Assembly: GCA_965243025.1 (NCBI GenBank)
Contig: CBDETY010000003.1
Coordinates: forward strand, 2,976,001 to 3,040,000
Reading direction: 5' to 3'
DNA from: Candidatus Latescibacterota bacterium
Lineage (GTDB): Bacteria > Latescibacterota > UBA2968 > UBA8231
DNA length: 64,000 bases
Every line of letters begins with the position of its first letter. The first letter of the stretch is position 1. Both the position numbers and the translations under genes were made by a program. Shown piece after piece: positions 29,256 through 40,369 of this stretch. The notes beneath the pieces were generated by a model, which saw only the letters and a program-made list of their open reading frames with translations, did no database searches and was not told the origin of the DNA.

Positions 29256-31684
29256 AACTTGAACCGGTAGTTGATCCAGGGTATGAGAGGGAAGAGGCTC
29301 ACCTGCTTGGCGCGGAACTGCCTGGTGCCGGAGTTGTGGTTGAAGCGGTCCTCGAAGTAGATGAAAAACGGGTTCTTGCGGTTGTAGGCGTTGTACACCC
29401 CGAGGCTGAATCCGTGCCGGTCGCTGTCGGCCAAGCCGAAGTTGACGCTGAAGTCGAGGTGGTGGAAGGCCGCCATGCGGTAGCCGTTGCGGTCTCCATA
29501 TACTACCGTTTCAACAGGCAAGTAATTAGGTCGTCGGTATCGGATTACTTCCGACATAACCCTGTCGGGATCATTTGGGAACCTCCAGTGAGCGTCGTAC
29601 CATGCGACTGGCAGGGTGCCGGCGTTGCCGGTTCCGTACACCCAAGTCAGGGAGAAGCTCCTCGACCCGCTCAGCTGCCGGGAAAGAACGACGGCGACGT
29701 CGTGCCTCCGGTCGTAGCGGTGGGGGAAGGTGCGCCCTTCGTTCAACTCCTCGAACCGCCTCCGCGTCCAGGAGAGGGTGTAGCCCGCCCAGCCGGTGGT
29801 GCGGCCCTGCTTCTTCTGCAGGAACAGCTCCGCCCCGTACGACCATCCCTTCCCTGTCGCCACTTTGTCCTGCCAGTCGTCACTCTCGCCGAAGCCGACG
29901 AGGAAGCTCGCGCCTTCCCGGTACTCGATCAGCTCGGTCATGGTCTTGTAATACCCCTCGATGCTGAGCTCGTACTGCTCCTCGAGCTGGCGCGCCAGGC
30001 CGAGGCCCACCTGACGCGACCTCTGGGGCCGCACCCGGTCCGTGGCCGGCAGCCACAGGTCGGTCGGCAGGCCCACGGTGCTGCTGGAGAGCAGGTGGAT
30101 GTACTGGCGCATCTGCGCGTAGGAGGTCTTCACGGCCCATTCCGGCGTCAGCAGGTAGCGCATGGAAACCCGGGGCTGCAGCGAGACGTAGAACTCCCCG
30201 TCGACGAGGAAGCCGGAGGTGTGCAGCCCGAGGTTGGCCTTCAGACGGCTGCTCAGGCGAACGTCGTCCTCGGCGTAGAGACTGTACTCCAGGGCGTCGG
30301 TTTCCCGGGCGGCCAGGGTGGTGTCCTCGGGGACGCCTTCGATGGGATTGTATTTTGCCTGCACCGCCCCGGGGCGATAGGAGTGCAAGGTGCCGCTGCC
30401 CCCGAAGCGGATGTAGTGGGTCGGGTCGGGGATGTAGTCGAGATCGAGTTTCAATCCCCAGTCGCGGATGCCGGACCGGTAGTACAGCCTGTAGGCCTCG
30501 CTCTCCCGTTTCCCGTCAATGACCTCAACGGAGCGGTCGTCGACGTTGGCCGAGAACTGGTAGCGGCTGAAAATCGCCGTGAGGTTGGCGAAGAGCCGGT
30601 TGCTGAACAGGTAGTTCCAGCGCAACGTGGAGGTGATGTTCCCCCACCCGAAGTCCACCTCGGTGCGGTCCTCCTCGTAGTAGGACCCGGTCCAGTAGCG
30701 GTCGTCGCCGCTGTACAGGCTCAGGTACACGCGGCTGCTCGGGGAGAAGATGTGGTTGAGCTTGGCGTTGAGGTCGTAGAAGTGGTAGCCCCCCTTCTCG
30801 TAGTCGGGCTGAAAGGGGCGGACCAGCATGTCGATGTAGGTGCGCCGCCCCGAGAGGATGAAGGAGGTGCGGTCCCGGCTCAGCGGCCCCTGCACGGTGA
30901 GCTGCGAGGCGATGAGCCCGATCGAGCCTTCGGCCTCGAACTCCTTCATGTTGCCGTCCTTCATGTCGATCTCCAGAACCGACGAGAGGCGGCCCCCGTA
31001 GCGGGCCGGGAAGCCGGCCTTGGTCAGCTGCACGTTCTTGATGGCGTTGGCGTTGAAGACCGAGAAGAAGCCGAACAGGTGGGAGACGTTGTAGACCGGG
31101 GCGTCGTCGAGCAGGATCAGGTTCTGGTCCGGGCTGCCGCCGCGCACGTACAGGCCGCTCATCCCCTCGCTTCCCGACTGCACCCCGGGCAGCAGCTGCA
31201 GGGTCTTGAGGACGTCGACCTCCCCCATGAGCACGGGGGCGCTCTCGATCTGCCGCACCGGCACCTGCACGACGCTCATCCGCGTCTGCTCCTGGATCGG
31301 GTCGAGCCGCTCCGCCTTGGCCTCCACCGCCTCCATTTCCAGGGGCGTCGGCTCGAGGGCGATGTTGAGCTGCAGGTCGCCGTCGAGGTCGGTGGCGAGG
31401 GTGTCGCTGCGGTAGCCGATGTGGGAGACCACCACCCGGAAGGAACCGGCCGACAGGGTGAGGCTGAAGAAGCCGTAGCGGTTGGTCGTCGTGCCCTGCT
31501 GCAGGTCGGGCTCGTGCAGGACCGCCCCGATCAGCTTCTCGCCGCTGGCCGCGTCCTCGACGTAGCCGCTGAGGGTGTGCTTGGGCCCCTCCTGCGCCCC
31601 GGCGCCCCAGGCCATGCCGAGGAAGAGTAGGACAAGGAAGCGGACAGGCGGGGGGAACGGTCTGGTTTTACCTGAATGACCCAT
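29252..31684 (-). CDS. TonB-dependent receptor with carboxypeptidase-regulatory-like N-terminal domain
   Basis: GTTTNRYGFFSL, DVLKTLQLLPGV, VRGGSPDQNL, FPARYGGRLSSV, YNAYNRKN, terminal YRFKF; start taken at MGHS. Confidence 0.93.
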   Translation of the reverse strand: MGHSGKTRPFPPPVRFLVLLFLGMAWGAGAQEGPKHTLSGYVEDAASGEKLIGAVLHEPDLQQGTTTNRYGFFSLTLSAGSFRVVVSHIGYRSDTLATDLDGDLQLNIALEPTPLEMEAVEAKAERLDPIQEQTRMSVVQVPVRQIESAPVLMGEVDVLKTLQLLPGVQSGSEGMSGLYVRGGSPDQNLILLDDAPVYNVSHLFGFFSVFNANAIKNVQLTKAGFPARYGGRLSSVLEIDMKDGNMKEFEAEGSIGLIASQLTVQGPLSRDRTSFILSGRRTYIDMLVRPFQPDYEKGGYHFYDLNAKLNHIFSPSSRVYLSLYSGDDRYWTGSYYEEDRTEVDFGWGNITSTLRWNYLFSNRLFANLTAIFSRYQFSANVDDRSVEVIDGKRESEAYRLYYRSGIRDWGLKLDLDYIPDPTHYIRFGGSGTLHSYRPGAVQAKYNPIEGVPEDTTLAARETDALEYSLYAEDDVRLSSRLKANLGLHTSGFLVDGEFYVSLQPRVSMRYLLTPEWAVKTSYAQMRQYIHLLSSSTVGLPTDLWLPATDRVRPQRSRQVGLGLARQLEEQYELSIEGYYKTMTELIEYREGASFLVGFGESDDWQDKVATGKGWSYGAELFLQKKQGRTTGWAGYTLSWTRRRFEELNEGRTFPHRYDRRHDVAVVLSRQLSGSRSFSLTWVYGTGNAGTLPVAWYDAHWRFPNDPDRVMSEVIRYRRPNYLPVETVVYGDRNGYRMAAFHHLDFSVNFGLADSDRHGFSLGVYNAYNRKNPFFIYFEDRFNHNSGTRQFRAKQVSLFPLIPWINYRFKF

Positions 31685-32057
31685 TTGGACTCTAACGCAG
31701 CAAGGTGAGCTTGCGTGCCCAAACGCCTTCGCCTGACTCCCGTACGGGCTGGCCGAAGGGGGAGCAAAACAGCAGGAAGACCGCAAAATCCACCGAGCCG
31801 GGGCTGGCCAAGTCAAAGCGGCCTTCGCCGGGTTCGTTCCGGGGTCGGAAACGGACGGAGAATCCCGGGAAAAGCTCTTGAATTCGCGTCGTACTTCACC
31901 CCATCGACAACCGGAAGCTCAGGTGCTTGGCGAAAGCCCCTCCTGAAAAAACCGGATGACGAAATTCAGAAAAACTGTAAAAAATGGGGCAATTGGAGGG
32001 GTGATATTTTGGTGGCCACCGAAAGTATTGTCCCTCTCCTTGGCGGATGCCCCCGCT

Positions 32058-32738
32058 TTAGCTCCAGTTTACGAATACCAGGTCTTCGAGGTCGTCTACG
32101 GTGATCTCGATCCCGGTCGGCTCCACCGGTTCAAAGCCCTCATGGTACTCGTCCGGGATTTCGATTCCCCTGCCCACTGAATAGCCCGTCGGGAAGTCAT
32201 GCACCCAGTGCGTGTCCTCGCCCGTATGGCCGCCCTCGTAGTAGATGACGTTGTGCCGGGTGGCCCCTCCTATGAATCCGCTTCCGTAATCGAAGTCCAG
32301 CGGGACGAACCCCTCTTCCAGGGAAGCAGAGCTGTCCAAAACCACGATATACGCAACCCCCAGGGTGCCCCGGTTGAGCACGTCGTCGGGCGGGGTTGGT
32401 AGCGGAAGCTCGAAGGTCATGTCCGCCAGGTTGGGCTCGGTTTCGCCCCAGAGGTAGTTACGGTCCGGGTCCCCGCCTACGGACCACAGGAGCACCACCC
32501 GGATACCAGGGGGAAGACCGATGTCGGTGTTGTTCGTGATGATGCCCGTAACCACGAACGGAACCATCATTGTGTCTACCGCAAGTTCCTGTGCCACTGC
32601 CTCCGCCAGGCCAGCCACCGGCTCGCTGCGCGTGATACTGCTGCTCACGCGCTTGCCGGCTGGTTCGGCCGGAGATACCGGATCTTCCTTGCTACAGGCC
32701 AGCAGGACCCACGGCAGGACATACAGGACGTATCTCAT
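32058..32738 (-). CDS. Uncharacterised lipoprotein
   Basis: GAAGGA-type RBS, lipobox LLAC, acidic mature region. Confidence 0.75.
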   Translation of the reverse strand: MRYVLYVLPWVLLACSKEDPVSPAEPAGKRVSSSITRSEPVAGLAEAVAQELAVDTMMVPFVVTGIITNNTDIGLPPGIRVVLLWSVGGDPDRNYLWGETEPNLADMTFELPLPTPPDDVLNRGTLGVAYIVVLDSSASLEEGFVPLDFDYGSGFIGGATRHNVIYYEGGHTGEDTHWVHDFPTGYSVGRGIEIPDEYHEGFEPVEPTGIEITVDDLEDLVFVNWS

Positions 32739-33073
32739 CTCGATCTTCCTTCATGATTCAATCTCAGGACTCTGGGTCCCTCGATTAACAGACCGGTCGC
32801 CTCCCTCCGTGGAAACAGTAGGCGACTCGCCCCGGGGAAAAAAAACCAATATCGCGTTCAGGAGCTTCTTGGAGGAGCAGGGAACCGTGATGATTGAGTC
32901 ATCGCCACAATCCATTGGGAGGCCACCCGTAAAGATGCGGCAAGGTGCCTGCTCCCCACAGTTGGACGATTAACTTCAGACCCCAGTTCCCAGCAGCAAG
33001 GAGGGGGATGCGGGGGTCGAGACCTCCGGTGCTTGATCCAGCGTCCCCGGGTGATTTCAGTCCGGACAGGTGT

Positions 33074-33412
33074 TCAGAAAATGCCCGTCTGAGGTGGCGG
33101 CTGCACTTGCCAGAAAGGCATCATCGCCAAGCGGAACAACGAGGTCGCGGAGGTAATCCCGCCCGTCTTCGGTTGTCCCGTTTCTCGCTGTTCCGCCGTC
33201 GAAGGAACGCGCAGAGAGCGGATACAGCACAGACAGCCCGAACAGCGCGGCCGATCCGGGGTCAGGCTCCAGCTCGTCAAGGTAGGTCTGGGATCCCAGC
33301 CGGAAGTGCGATTCCCACCCGGCCCACCTGTTTGGGCTTTTGTTCCTGAGCCAGGCAGGGCGTCCTGGCCCAGCATCCAGATGAGAACAGCGATGGCGAT
33401 GGCGGATTTCAT
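33074..33412 (-). CDS. Possible small secreted protein or gene relic
   Basis: MKSAIAIAVLIWMLG signal-like start; the rest is unrecognisable and its upstream region is replaced by istB. Confidence 0.3.
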   Translation of the reverse strand: MKSAIAIAVLIWMLGQDALPGSGTKAQTGGPGGNRTSGWDPRPTLTSWSLTPDRPRCSGCLCCIRSLRVPSTAEQRETGQPKTGGITSATSLFRLAMMPFWQVQPPPQTGIF

Positions 33413-34264
33413 TTGCGGGTCTTTCTTATGGAACTCGACCTGAACGCCGCCCGCACCGACTTGGATACGGTCCTGGAGGGCCAGAAAAAGCAGCAGTTGC
33501 CGGTGGAAGTGATCGATGAGCTCCTCAACCGCGAGCGCGTCCACCGCTTCGAGCGCCGGGTGGCCACCAACCTGAGACTGTCGGGCATGGCCGCGACCAG
33601 GACCCTGGAAAGCTTCGATTTCCACGCCCAGGCCCAGGTGCCCAAACAGACCATCGACGAGCTCGCCACGCTGCGCTTCCTGCACCAGGGGACCAACGTC
33701 CTGTTCCTCGGACCGCCCGGGGTCGGCAAATCGCACCTGGCTCTCGGCCTGGCCCTCAAGGCCATCGAGCGCGGCCACCGCGTCTATTTCCTGACCCTGC
33801 ACGATCTGGTCACCCGCTCCCGCAGCGCTCGCGAGAAGAACCGGCTGTCCGTCCTGCTCCAGACGCTGACCCGACCCGACCTGCTGGTCCTGGACGAGGT
33901 CGGCTACCTGCCCCTGGAGCGCCAGGACGCCACCTTCCTCTTCGAAGTGGTCAGCAAGCGCTACGAAGCGCTCAAGTCCATCATCCTGACCAGCAACAAG
34001 AGCTATGGCACCTGGAACGAGATCTTTCCCGATCCGGTGCTGGCCACCGCGCTCCTGGACCGCTTGTTACACCACTCCTCCACCATCAACATCCGGGGGG
34101 ACAGCTACCGCCTGCGGCATCGTCGCCAGGCCGGACTCACCACCGGGGATACCCCTCGTCAACCGGAAGGAGAACACATGCGCGGACAGAATCCAGCCGC
34201 GTGGAGTAGAAAAGTGTCCACTCTTAAACCGTTGGAACTGTCAACTTTTAAACCGTTCTTGACA
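33413..34264 (+). mobile_element. IS21-family remnant (istB plus right end; istA missing)
   Basis: Right end has the repeated motif tgtc.act.ttaaaccgtt and terminates ...TTGACA at 34264. Confidence 0.85.
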
Positions 34265-34333
34265 GCGGACGAGGAGATCCTTCATCCCTTGGTGAAATGC
34301 TCACCGATCAGGGCTGAAACATGGATGGCATGA
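33413..34333 (+). CDS. istB: IS21 helper ATPase IstB, probably N-terminally clipped
   Basis: TLESFDF, GPPGVGKSHLA, LVLDEVGYLP, SIILTSN, ALLDRLLHH, GDSYRL. Confidence 0.92.
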   Translation: MRVFLMELDLNAARTDLDTVLEGQKKQQLPVEVIDELLNRERVHRFERRVATNLRLSGMAATRTLESFDFHAQAQVPKQTIDELATLRFLHQGTNVLFLGPPGVGKSHLALGLALKAIERGHRVYFLTLHDLVTRSRSAREKNRLSVLLQTLTRPDLLVLDEVGYLPLERQDATFLFEVVSKRYEALKSIILTSNKSYGTWNEIFPDPVLATALLDRLLHHSSTINIRGDSYRLRHRRQAGLTTGDTPRQPEGEHMRGQNPAAWSRKVSTLKPLELSTFKPFLTADEEILHPLVKCSPIRAETWMA

Positions 34334-34521
34334 CCCCCGCTCCAGGCGAGTAAAACGGCCAGCACAAATAGCGCTCAGCGGTCAAATCCAAAGCGCGGTT
34401 TCTGGAGTACCCATTCCCACACCGCGGGAACCCGAGGATCATCACAAACCGGATGCCACCCGAAACCATAGCGAAAATTAGCCTGTCAAACCTGTTCGCA
34501 AAACGGGGCTTACATCCCCAA

Positions 34522-35562
34522 CTATTCGAAACTATACACAGCCACTGAGTCTCTCCTGCAGACAAGCAACTCTGCATCGGCATTATTCATCACATCTCCA
34601 AGTAAGTACGGCCCAATGCCGTCCTCTCCTGGAACCGAGATAGAACGATCAAACACCAGAGTGTCTTGTCGCCATTCAAAACACCAAGGGCTACGATGGC
34701 CTTGGTACGCGGAACCGCCGACTAACAGCTCTACACGTCCATCTCGATCAACGTCGGCAGCCCCGATCAGGTAGGATCGGGGAGATTCGGCAAACTTCAC
34801 AAGCCGGGAGGATGTGGCTTCCTTGAGCAGCCAGAATTCGCCCCTCATGTCGTGTGACGGCGCGTAGATGGCGACCTCGTCAGCTCCATCGCCGTCAAAG
34901 TCCCTTGCAACAACGCTGAGATCATCTCCGTATCCTCCCCACGATGTGACCGTGCCGGTGATTTCGGTTTCGATCTTGAACAGACCGTGATCGAGGCGGG
35001 TAGTTGCGAATCGGTAACGTCTGAAAATACCAGCTGGACCGGTTTCCAAGGATGAGAGAAAACCAACGAAGAACCGTCGCTCCGCACCTTCCTTCAGGAC
35101 GTCGATGAAGCGAACGGGGAGGGCAAAACCCGTTGGATTATAGTGGGTGATCACCCAGTCAGGAAACCTCATATTGCACCACACCAAATCCCTCCGTTTT
35201 CCCATCCATATACCTCCTGAATCAATGGCCACGTCGTGGACATCGTACAGTTTTTGCGCATTCGTTCGGAGGAGGCGAAATTTGACTCCATCCCAGCTAT
35301 ATGCCAAAGGGTCTCCGCTAAACCCTGCATCCAGGGATTCCCGCCTGCCCCGAATGCAGACCAATTCATCCTTTGGATCCTTATTGATATTGCCGATCTC
35401 GAATATCAGGGTGGCCTTTGAACTTTGTGCATCAGTTCCCTGCGATTGCCCGAGGTCGAGTTTTCCTTGCCAAACCAGGCTGACACTAAGAGGTTCTTCT
35501 GAAATTGCTGCCGTTGCACAAACGAGGGGAATCAACAAACAAACTGAAAAACGCAATAACAT
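34522..35562 (-). CDS. Secreted FG-GAP/VCBS-repeat-like protein
   Basis: ATG 35562 follows GAGGAAG; signal peptide; repeats GNINKDPKDEL, DFDGDGADEV, DVDRDGRVELLV, GDVMNNADAEL. Confidence 0.7.
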   Translation of the reverse strand: MLLRFSVCLLIPLVCATAAISEEPLSVSLVWQGKLDLGQSQGTDAQSSKATLIFEIGNINKDPKDELVCIRGRRESLDAGFSGDPLAYSWDGVKFRLLRTNAQKLYDVHDVAIDSGGIWMGKRRDLVWCNMRFPDWVITHYNPTGFALPVRFIDVLKEGAERRFFVGFLSSLETGPAGIFRRYRFATTRLDHGLFKIETEITGTVTSWGGYGDDLSVVARDFDGDGADEVAIYAPSHDMRGEFWLLKEATSSRLVKFAESPRSYLIGAADVDRDGRVELLVGGSAYQGHRSPWCFEWRQDTLVFDRSISVPGEDGIGPYLLGDVMNNADAELLVCRRDSVAVYSFE

Positions 35563-36165
35563 GGTCTTCCTCACATCTCGAATCGATTGTCCAGTAGAAA
35601 GATGAATCAATGCACGGGAATACTCCGGTGAGGTTCCCCCGATGCCGATCATGCCGTCAACGAGACCGCGAATCTGATTCAGGGTGAATGGCGCAGGGAT
35701 CTTTTCGTTGCATTGCACCCTTGGGAAATCGCCACCGTGGATCGGAAGGCCACCGCACTGATCGAGGGAGGGATCTTAGTCCGGATCGGGTTTCCGGGAG
35801 ATTCCAGGAACGGGTGCGTCGAGGTGCCGTTGGGTGCTGAACATCAGCGGAACGGCGTGATCCGCGCCGAGAATCTGTAAAACTGCCCGAACTTCTGCAA
35901 GGATCGACCTGATGGCTCTGTTTCTCGATGGAAGAGCTTCTCCGACGAGGATATCCCTTCATCGCCTTGGGTTTCCTGCAGGCCGTCGAGGGCAGTCGAT
36001 TCGATCTGTCCCTGGCATGGTCTATCGCGATCCGCCGGCCTGCAAGAAGACAGGCAGACTCCATCTGAAGGATTCCCTGGTTTGTTGCTTGGGGAATCGG
36101 GCAATCAGGCGAAGCCGGGCGCGCGCTTACGGGCGCATATCCGCTTTCAGGTTGCCCCAGGTGGT

Positions 36166-37100
36166 TGGAGTTGACCCGATTTCGTGGACACTTCATTTCT
36201 TGAAGAGAGAAAGGAGGGTGTCCAAACCATGCCGAAATCCCATTCCCCTTACCCGCCGGAATTCCGGCAACAGATGGTGGAGCTGGTACGGGCGGGTCGT
36301 AGCCCGGAGTCGCTGGCCAAGGAATTCGAGCCGTCCGGGCAGACGATCCGCAACTGGGTGATCCAGGCCGATCGCGATGAGGGAGTACGCCGCGACGGGC
36401 CCTCCCGTCCAGAGCAGGAGGAGTTGCGGCGCCTTCGCCGTGAGAACAAGCAGTTGCGTATCGAACGGGAGATCCTGGCAAAAGCCACGGCCTGGTTCGC
36501 TCGCGAGGCCGACTCGGGGTCCGGCCCGTCTACGAGTTCATGAGAGCGCACCAGGCCGACTTTCCGGTGCTGACGATGTGCCGCGTGCTGAAGGTTTCGC
36601 CCAGCGGCTACTACGCATGGTTGAAACGCCCGCCTTCGGGTCGCGCTCGGGCCGATGCCCTGCTCAAGGCGCGCGTCGCGCAGATCCACCAACGCTCCCG
36701 GGGCACCTACGGGGCGCCGAGGATCCGAGCCGAACTGGCCGAGGAGGGCCAAGCCATCGGTCGCAAGCGCATCGCCCGGTTGATGCTCGAGCTCGGAGTG
36801 CGCGGGGTATGCGGCCGCCGCCGCATCTCCACCACCCGTCGCAGCCGGCAGGGCCGGGTCGCCTCCGATCTGGTCAACCGGGTGTTTTGGGCCTCGGGTC
36901 CGAATCAGCTGTGGGTGGCCGACATCACCTACATCCCCACCAGGGCGAAGTTTTTGTACCTGAGCGTGGTCCTGGACGCCTGGAGCCGCCGGGTGGTAGG
37001 CTGGGCCATGGCGACGCATCTGCGTACGCAACTGGTGCTGGACGCCTTGGACATGGCCCTGCACCGGCGCCGTCCAAAGAAAGTCATTCACCACTCCGAT
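36166..37100 (+). mobile_element. IS3-family element, 3'-truncated
   Basis: IRL TGGAGTTGACCCGATTTCGTGGACA; orfA 36229-36543; orfB from 36540 breaks off after HHSD; closely similar to the complete copy at 58197-59456. Confidence 0.93.
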
Positions 37101-37434
37101 GGGATATATATACTTAATTCAGCAAGGATATTTTAGTAATCTCCTCCGCGAATTTAAAGATAATATGGTATAACCTAATAGAGCAATTATCAGAGAGAAG
37201 GACATCCAGGTCCTCAAGTGTTTAGCCAGGAGAGGGGAGATGTCGGCGATTCGGGGCGACATATTATTCGTAGTCAGGCAGTCTGTATCCGGCGATAATC
37301 CGGATTCCTCCCGGGTGGCACCGTAGATCGAGAGGCCATCACCGGGATGAGCAGTTTCCGCGTTCTGCCTGGGGCATTTCCCCAGGCTCAGATCTTCCGG
37401 TTTATCGGCATGGAGAGCATCTTCGCCTCTGGGA

Positions 37435-38452
37435 TCAGACAAGCAGGGGGGTTGTCATCCTGCTGGCCTTTCGGAAAGGTTCGCCCTCTCTACACCGATG
37501 ATGAGTGTAGGGAACCGGAGGAACCTCCGTCGCCAGCAGATCCCGATAGGTCAGCCGTTTCCGCCTCATCCGCGCCGTCAAATATTTCATCTTCTCCTCG
37601 GGGTCCAGGTGCCGGATGTTGAATCGGCCTGCGATCTCGTTGAAGTAGCGGGGGTAATACTTCGGAGATGCGTGGCCATAGGTCCCGTAAAGGGATCGCT
37701 TCGCCCAAGCATTGAACGATTCCGCTCCGTTGATATGGGCACTGCCTCGAACGTATTGCCTTTTACCGTGCTTTACGACTTCGTGCCTCTCCGACAATCC
37801 GAAATAGGACGGGAACTCGTCGGTGTAGAGGATCCCCTCTGGGCGTTTGTGTTTCCCTACAATGGGGCGCAAGGTCTTGCGCTTCCTGTCGGGGACCGGC
37901 TCAAGGGCTGCCCTGCGGGTTTCCCGGCAGTAGGCTGCGACCCCGATACTCCTGCTCTTATGCCAGTGGCGGCCGAATTTCTTGTTGCCGTGTCTGTTTT
38001 TATCATTTCCGCCGTAAAAGGCTTCATCCACTTCAACGGCCATGCTGCTGAGGCTTTCCTGTTCTGGCCATCCTTCCCGGATGCGCTGCAGCATGAACAA
38101 GGCGGTTTTATGCGTTACCACGATGTCGGAGGCAAGCTGCTTGGCGCTGATTCCCTGCGACCGGGTATGCAGGTGGGAGGGCGGTTGCCCATTTCTGATA
38201 GGGAAGCGGGGAGTCGGACATCACCCCTCCCTTGCGGACGCTGAAGTGGCTTCGACAGTCGCCGCACCAGTAGGGCATGGGCTTGCGGTTGCGACATTCC
38301 GATATCATCCCGGAACAGCCGCAGTGTGGGCAATATATGGACTCGGGAAGGCCGTCTACCGTCTTCCCCCATCTTTCTTCTTCGAACCATTCTTCTGCCG
38401 TTTTGTTGCCTGGAAATTTTACCGTTAACTGAATACCATTACCGTTCTTCAC
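37435..38452 (-). pseudogene. IS1595-family transposase, frameshifted near 38175
   Basis: Zn ribbon CPHC...CGDC and FSVRKG in one frame; VEVDE, YTDE, HINGAES, KRLTYRDL in another. Confidence 0.88.
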
Positions 38453-39240
38453 TGCCTATAACCTTCGGGCCGTGGAATACCGTACTGAGACCAGCGGCCC
38501 TCATAAAACGATGTGATTCACGCTCCCATGGCGATCCTTTCGGTCAGGGAATGTGAGGGACTGAGAAGCGGCGGTGGGTCCTGCCTGCCTCCGTGTTGAT
38601 GACTATTCAATGTACCTGGGTGGATTAAAAAGGCAAATCGGGCTTGCGGAGAAAGTCGAAAAGGCCCGTAAGGGAGGCGGGAAACTTTGGTGTCTGGAAG
38701 CGGGAGGAGGGGGGAGGCGCAGGAAGGCCCGATTCCAGGAGGGGGTGGAGCCGGCAGTCGGGGGAACGGAGTCGGCGGTGCGATCCCGCCAATCTGTCAA
38801 CAGACCTTCGACGGGGGAAAATACAGGCTTCGGAGGTCGAGAAGGAGGAGAGCCAGGTCTCGGATATCGGGAGGAGACTGGGCCAGGCTTTTTCGAAGGG
38901 CGGAAGCCGGGAGGACGGTTATCGCGGGGTTCTCTGGGAGATTCAGGAACGCCGTGTCGAGGCGGCGCTGCGGTATGATACGACGTAATGACCTTTGCTC
39001 CACGACGGCGGGAGCTTCGCCGAGGAGGAGGACAGGAATCACCCGAGGGGAAGGACTTAAATCAAAGGCCCGCACCAAAGGAAACGGCATGACTTCCCTG
39101 CAGGCTCACAACAAGCTCGCTCCGAGCAGGGGTAAGTGTCAGGGAATTACTTTCCCTGTCCACGTTTGGTCGACAAGTGAGTCTATAACGCTTAACTAAA
39201 GCAGAGGGGAAAGTGAGGGGGAAATCCCGCCTCACCCCCC

Positions 39241-39693
39241 TCATCTAATCACCGCAGGATAAAGGTCTTCTCTGGCTAACTTAGCTAAAGCCTTGCGTAC
39301 TTTCAGATTTCCATGTTTGCCATCATAATAACCGCTAATTACTGCATGAGAAGGATCATTCTGACTTGGCTTGCTGTTGACCGTCAGTTTATATCCCAAC
39401 TCTTCGGGAATCGATTTAATAATTTGGTCAACATTCATCCTGGCAAGCTTTTCTTCAGGGCACAAGGGTAAATTCTTCCTCTTTAATAATTCCCTTGCTT
39501 TGTTTATTGAACAACTAATCTGCATAGAGGAGCCTGTTGAAGGACATAAACATTCAAGCCAGTTTACTGATGCCTCTTTTTCATTCATTTTCCATTTCAA
39601 AGAGAAAGAAAGGCTTGTAGGAAGGTTATTTTTCAATGTGAAATCTCTACAATACCGAAGGACATAATCCTTATGAGGAATTAAGGTAGCCAT
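39241..39693 (-). CDS. Small protein with ART/RES-like motif pattern (candidate toxin)
   Basis: VLRYC...F.L...ASVNWLE...DPSHAVISG; AT-rich; overlaps the upstream gene by 13 bp; family is inference. Confidence 0.55.
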   Translation of the reverse strand: MATLIPHKDYVLRYCRDFTLKNNLPTSLSFSLKWKMNEKEASVNWLECLCPSTGSSMQISCSINKARELLKRKNLPLCPEEKLARMNVDQIIKSIPEELGYKLTVNSKPSQNDPSHAVISGYYDGKHGNLKVRKALAKLAREDLYPAVIR

Positions 39694-40367
39694 TTTTCTC
39701 CTCTACCAATTTTAAAACCAAAATCTTCGGAAATTTGCATAACATCCCTTAGGTGTAATGCGGTGGCTTTCCACCATTCTTGAGAAAGCTCTCTCAATGG
39801 TTGCTTAATCCCCAATTCTCTAAACATGGGTTCCGCTGTTTCCATGACTTTGTCTTTCGCGAATAATCCCTCGATATTCCATTCCCTCCCAAGGTCGGGA
39901 GACAATGCGGCAAATCTAATTTTCCCCTCTGATAAAAACTCCATAGATAAATCTCCCTTTTCCGTCTCCCATGAAGCAGAATAAATACCACTGCCTGCAA
40001 CAATTCCACATTGGGAAATCAAATATCTATTGTGTAGGAAAAACCATCTAAGACAAGACTCAGACTCCTCACTTAAGGGAGGTTCTTCGGGGTCATCCTC
40101 AATCATATCTTTCAACTCCACAATTCTATCCTCGATAGAGTCGCTTTCCTCAATAGCTTCATCTGAAGCTATTTTATACGGAATATTTTGGGATGGTCGT
40201 GGCAAAGGAGGATCAAAACTCATATACACATGCAAATAAGAAGCAAGTTCTGCAAAGAAGTTGTACTGATCGAATTCGGATTGATAAAGTTCTTCTAATG
40301 AGCGTTGTCGTGTAACATTGCTAATTGGATCCAATCTGTTTATTACTCCTGCTTTAGCCAAGGACAT
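39681..40367 (-). CDS. Hypothetical acidic protein (middle gene of three-gene module)
   Basis: Long ORF in AT-rich DNA; GGAG RBS lies inside the upstream gene; start is 2 bp after the upstream stop. Confidence 0.75.
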   Translation of the reverse strand: MSLAKAGVINRLDPISNVTRQRSLEELYQSEFDQYNFFAELASYLHVYMSFDPPLPRPSQNIPYKIASDEAIEESDSIEDRIVELKDMIEDDPEEPPLSEESESCLRWFFLHNRYLISQCGIVAGSGIYSASWETEKGDLSMEFLSEGKIRFAALSPDLGREWNIEGLFAKDKVMETAEPMFRELGIKQPLRELSQEWWKATALHLRDVMQISEDFGFKIGRGEKWLP

Positions 40368-40369
40368 GT

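Noticed and set aside
2751-31630. Long antisense or off-frame ORFs (e.g. 2751-4955, 7257-9362, 15743-17917, 29336-31630)
   Set aside because: GC-rich shadows of genes with clear motifs
31688-31712. attC right half on the minus strand before the TonB gene (GCTCACC-TTGCTGC-GTTAGAG)
   Set aside because: 7-bp spacer, imperfect core and no matching left arm
37119-37442. 107-aa ORF next to the IS1595 transposase
   Set aside because: No motif or clear RBS; probably spurious
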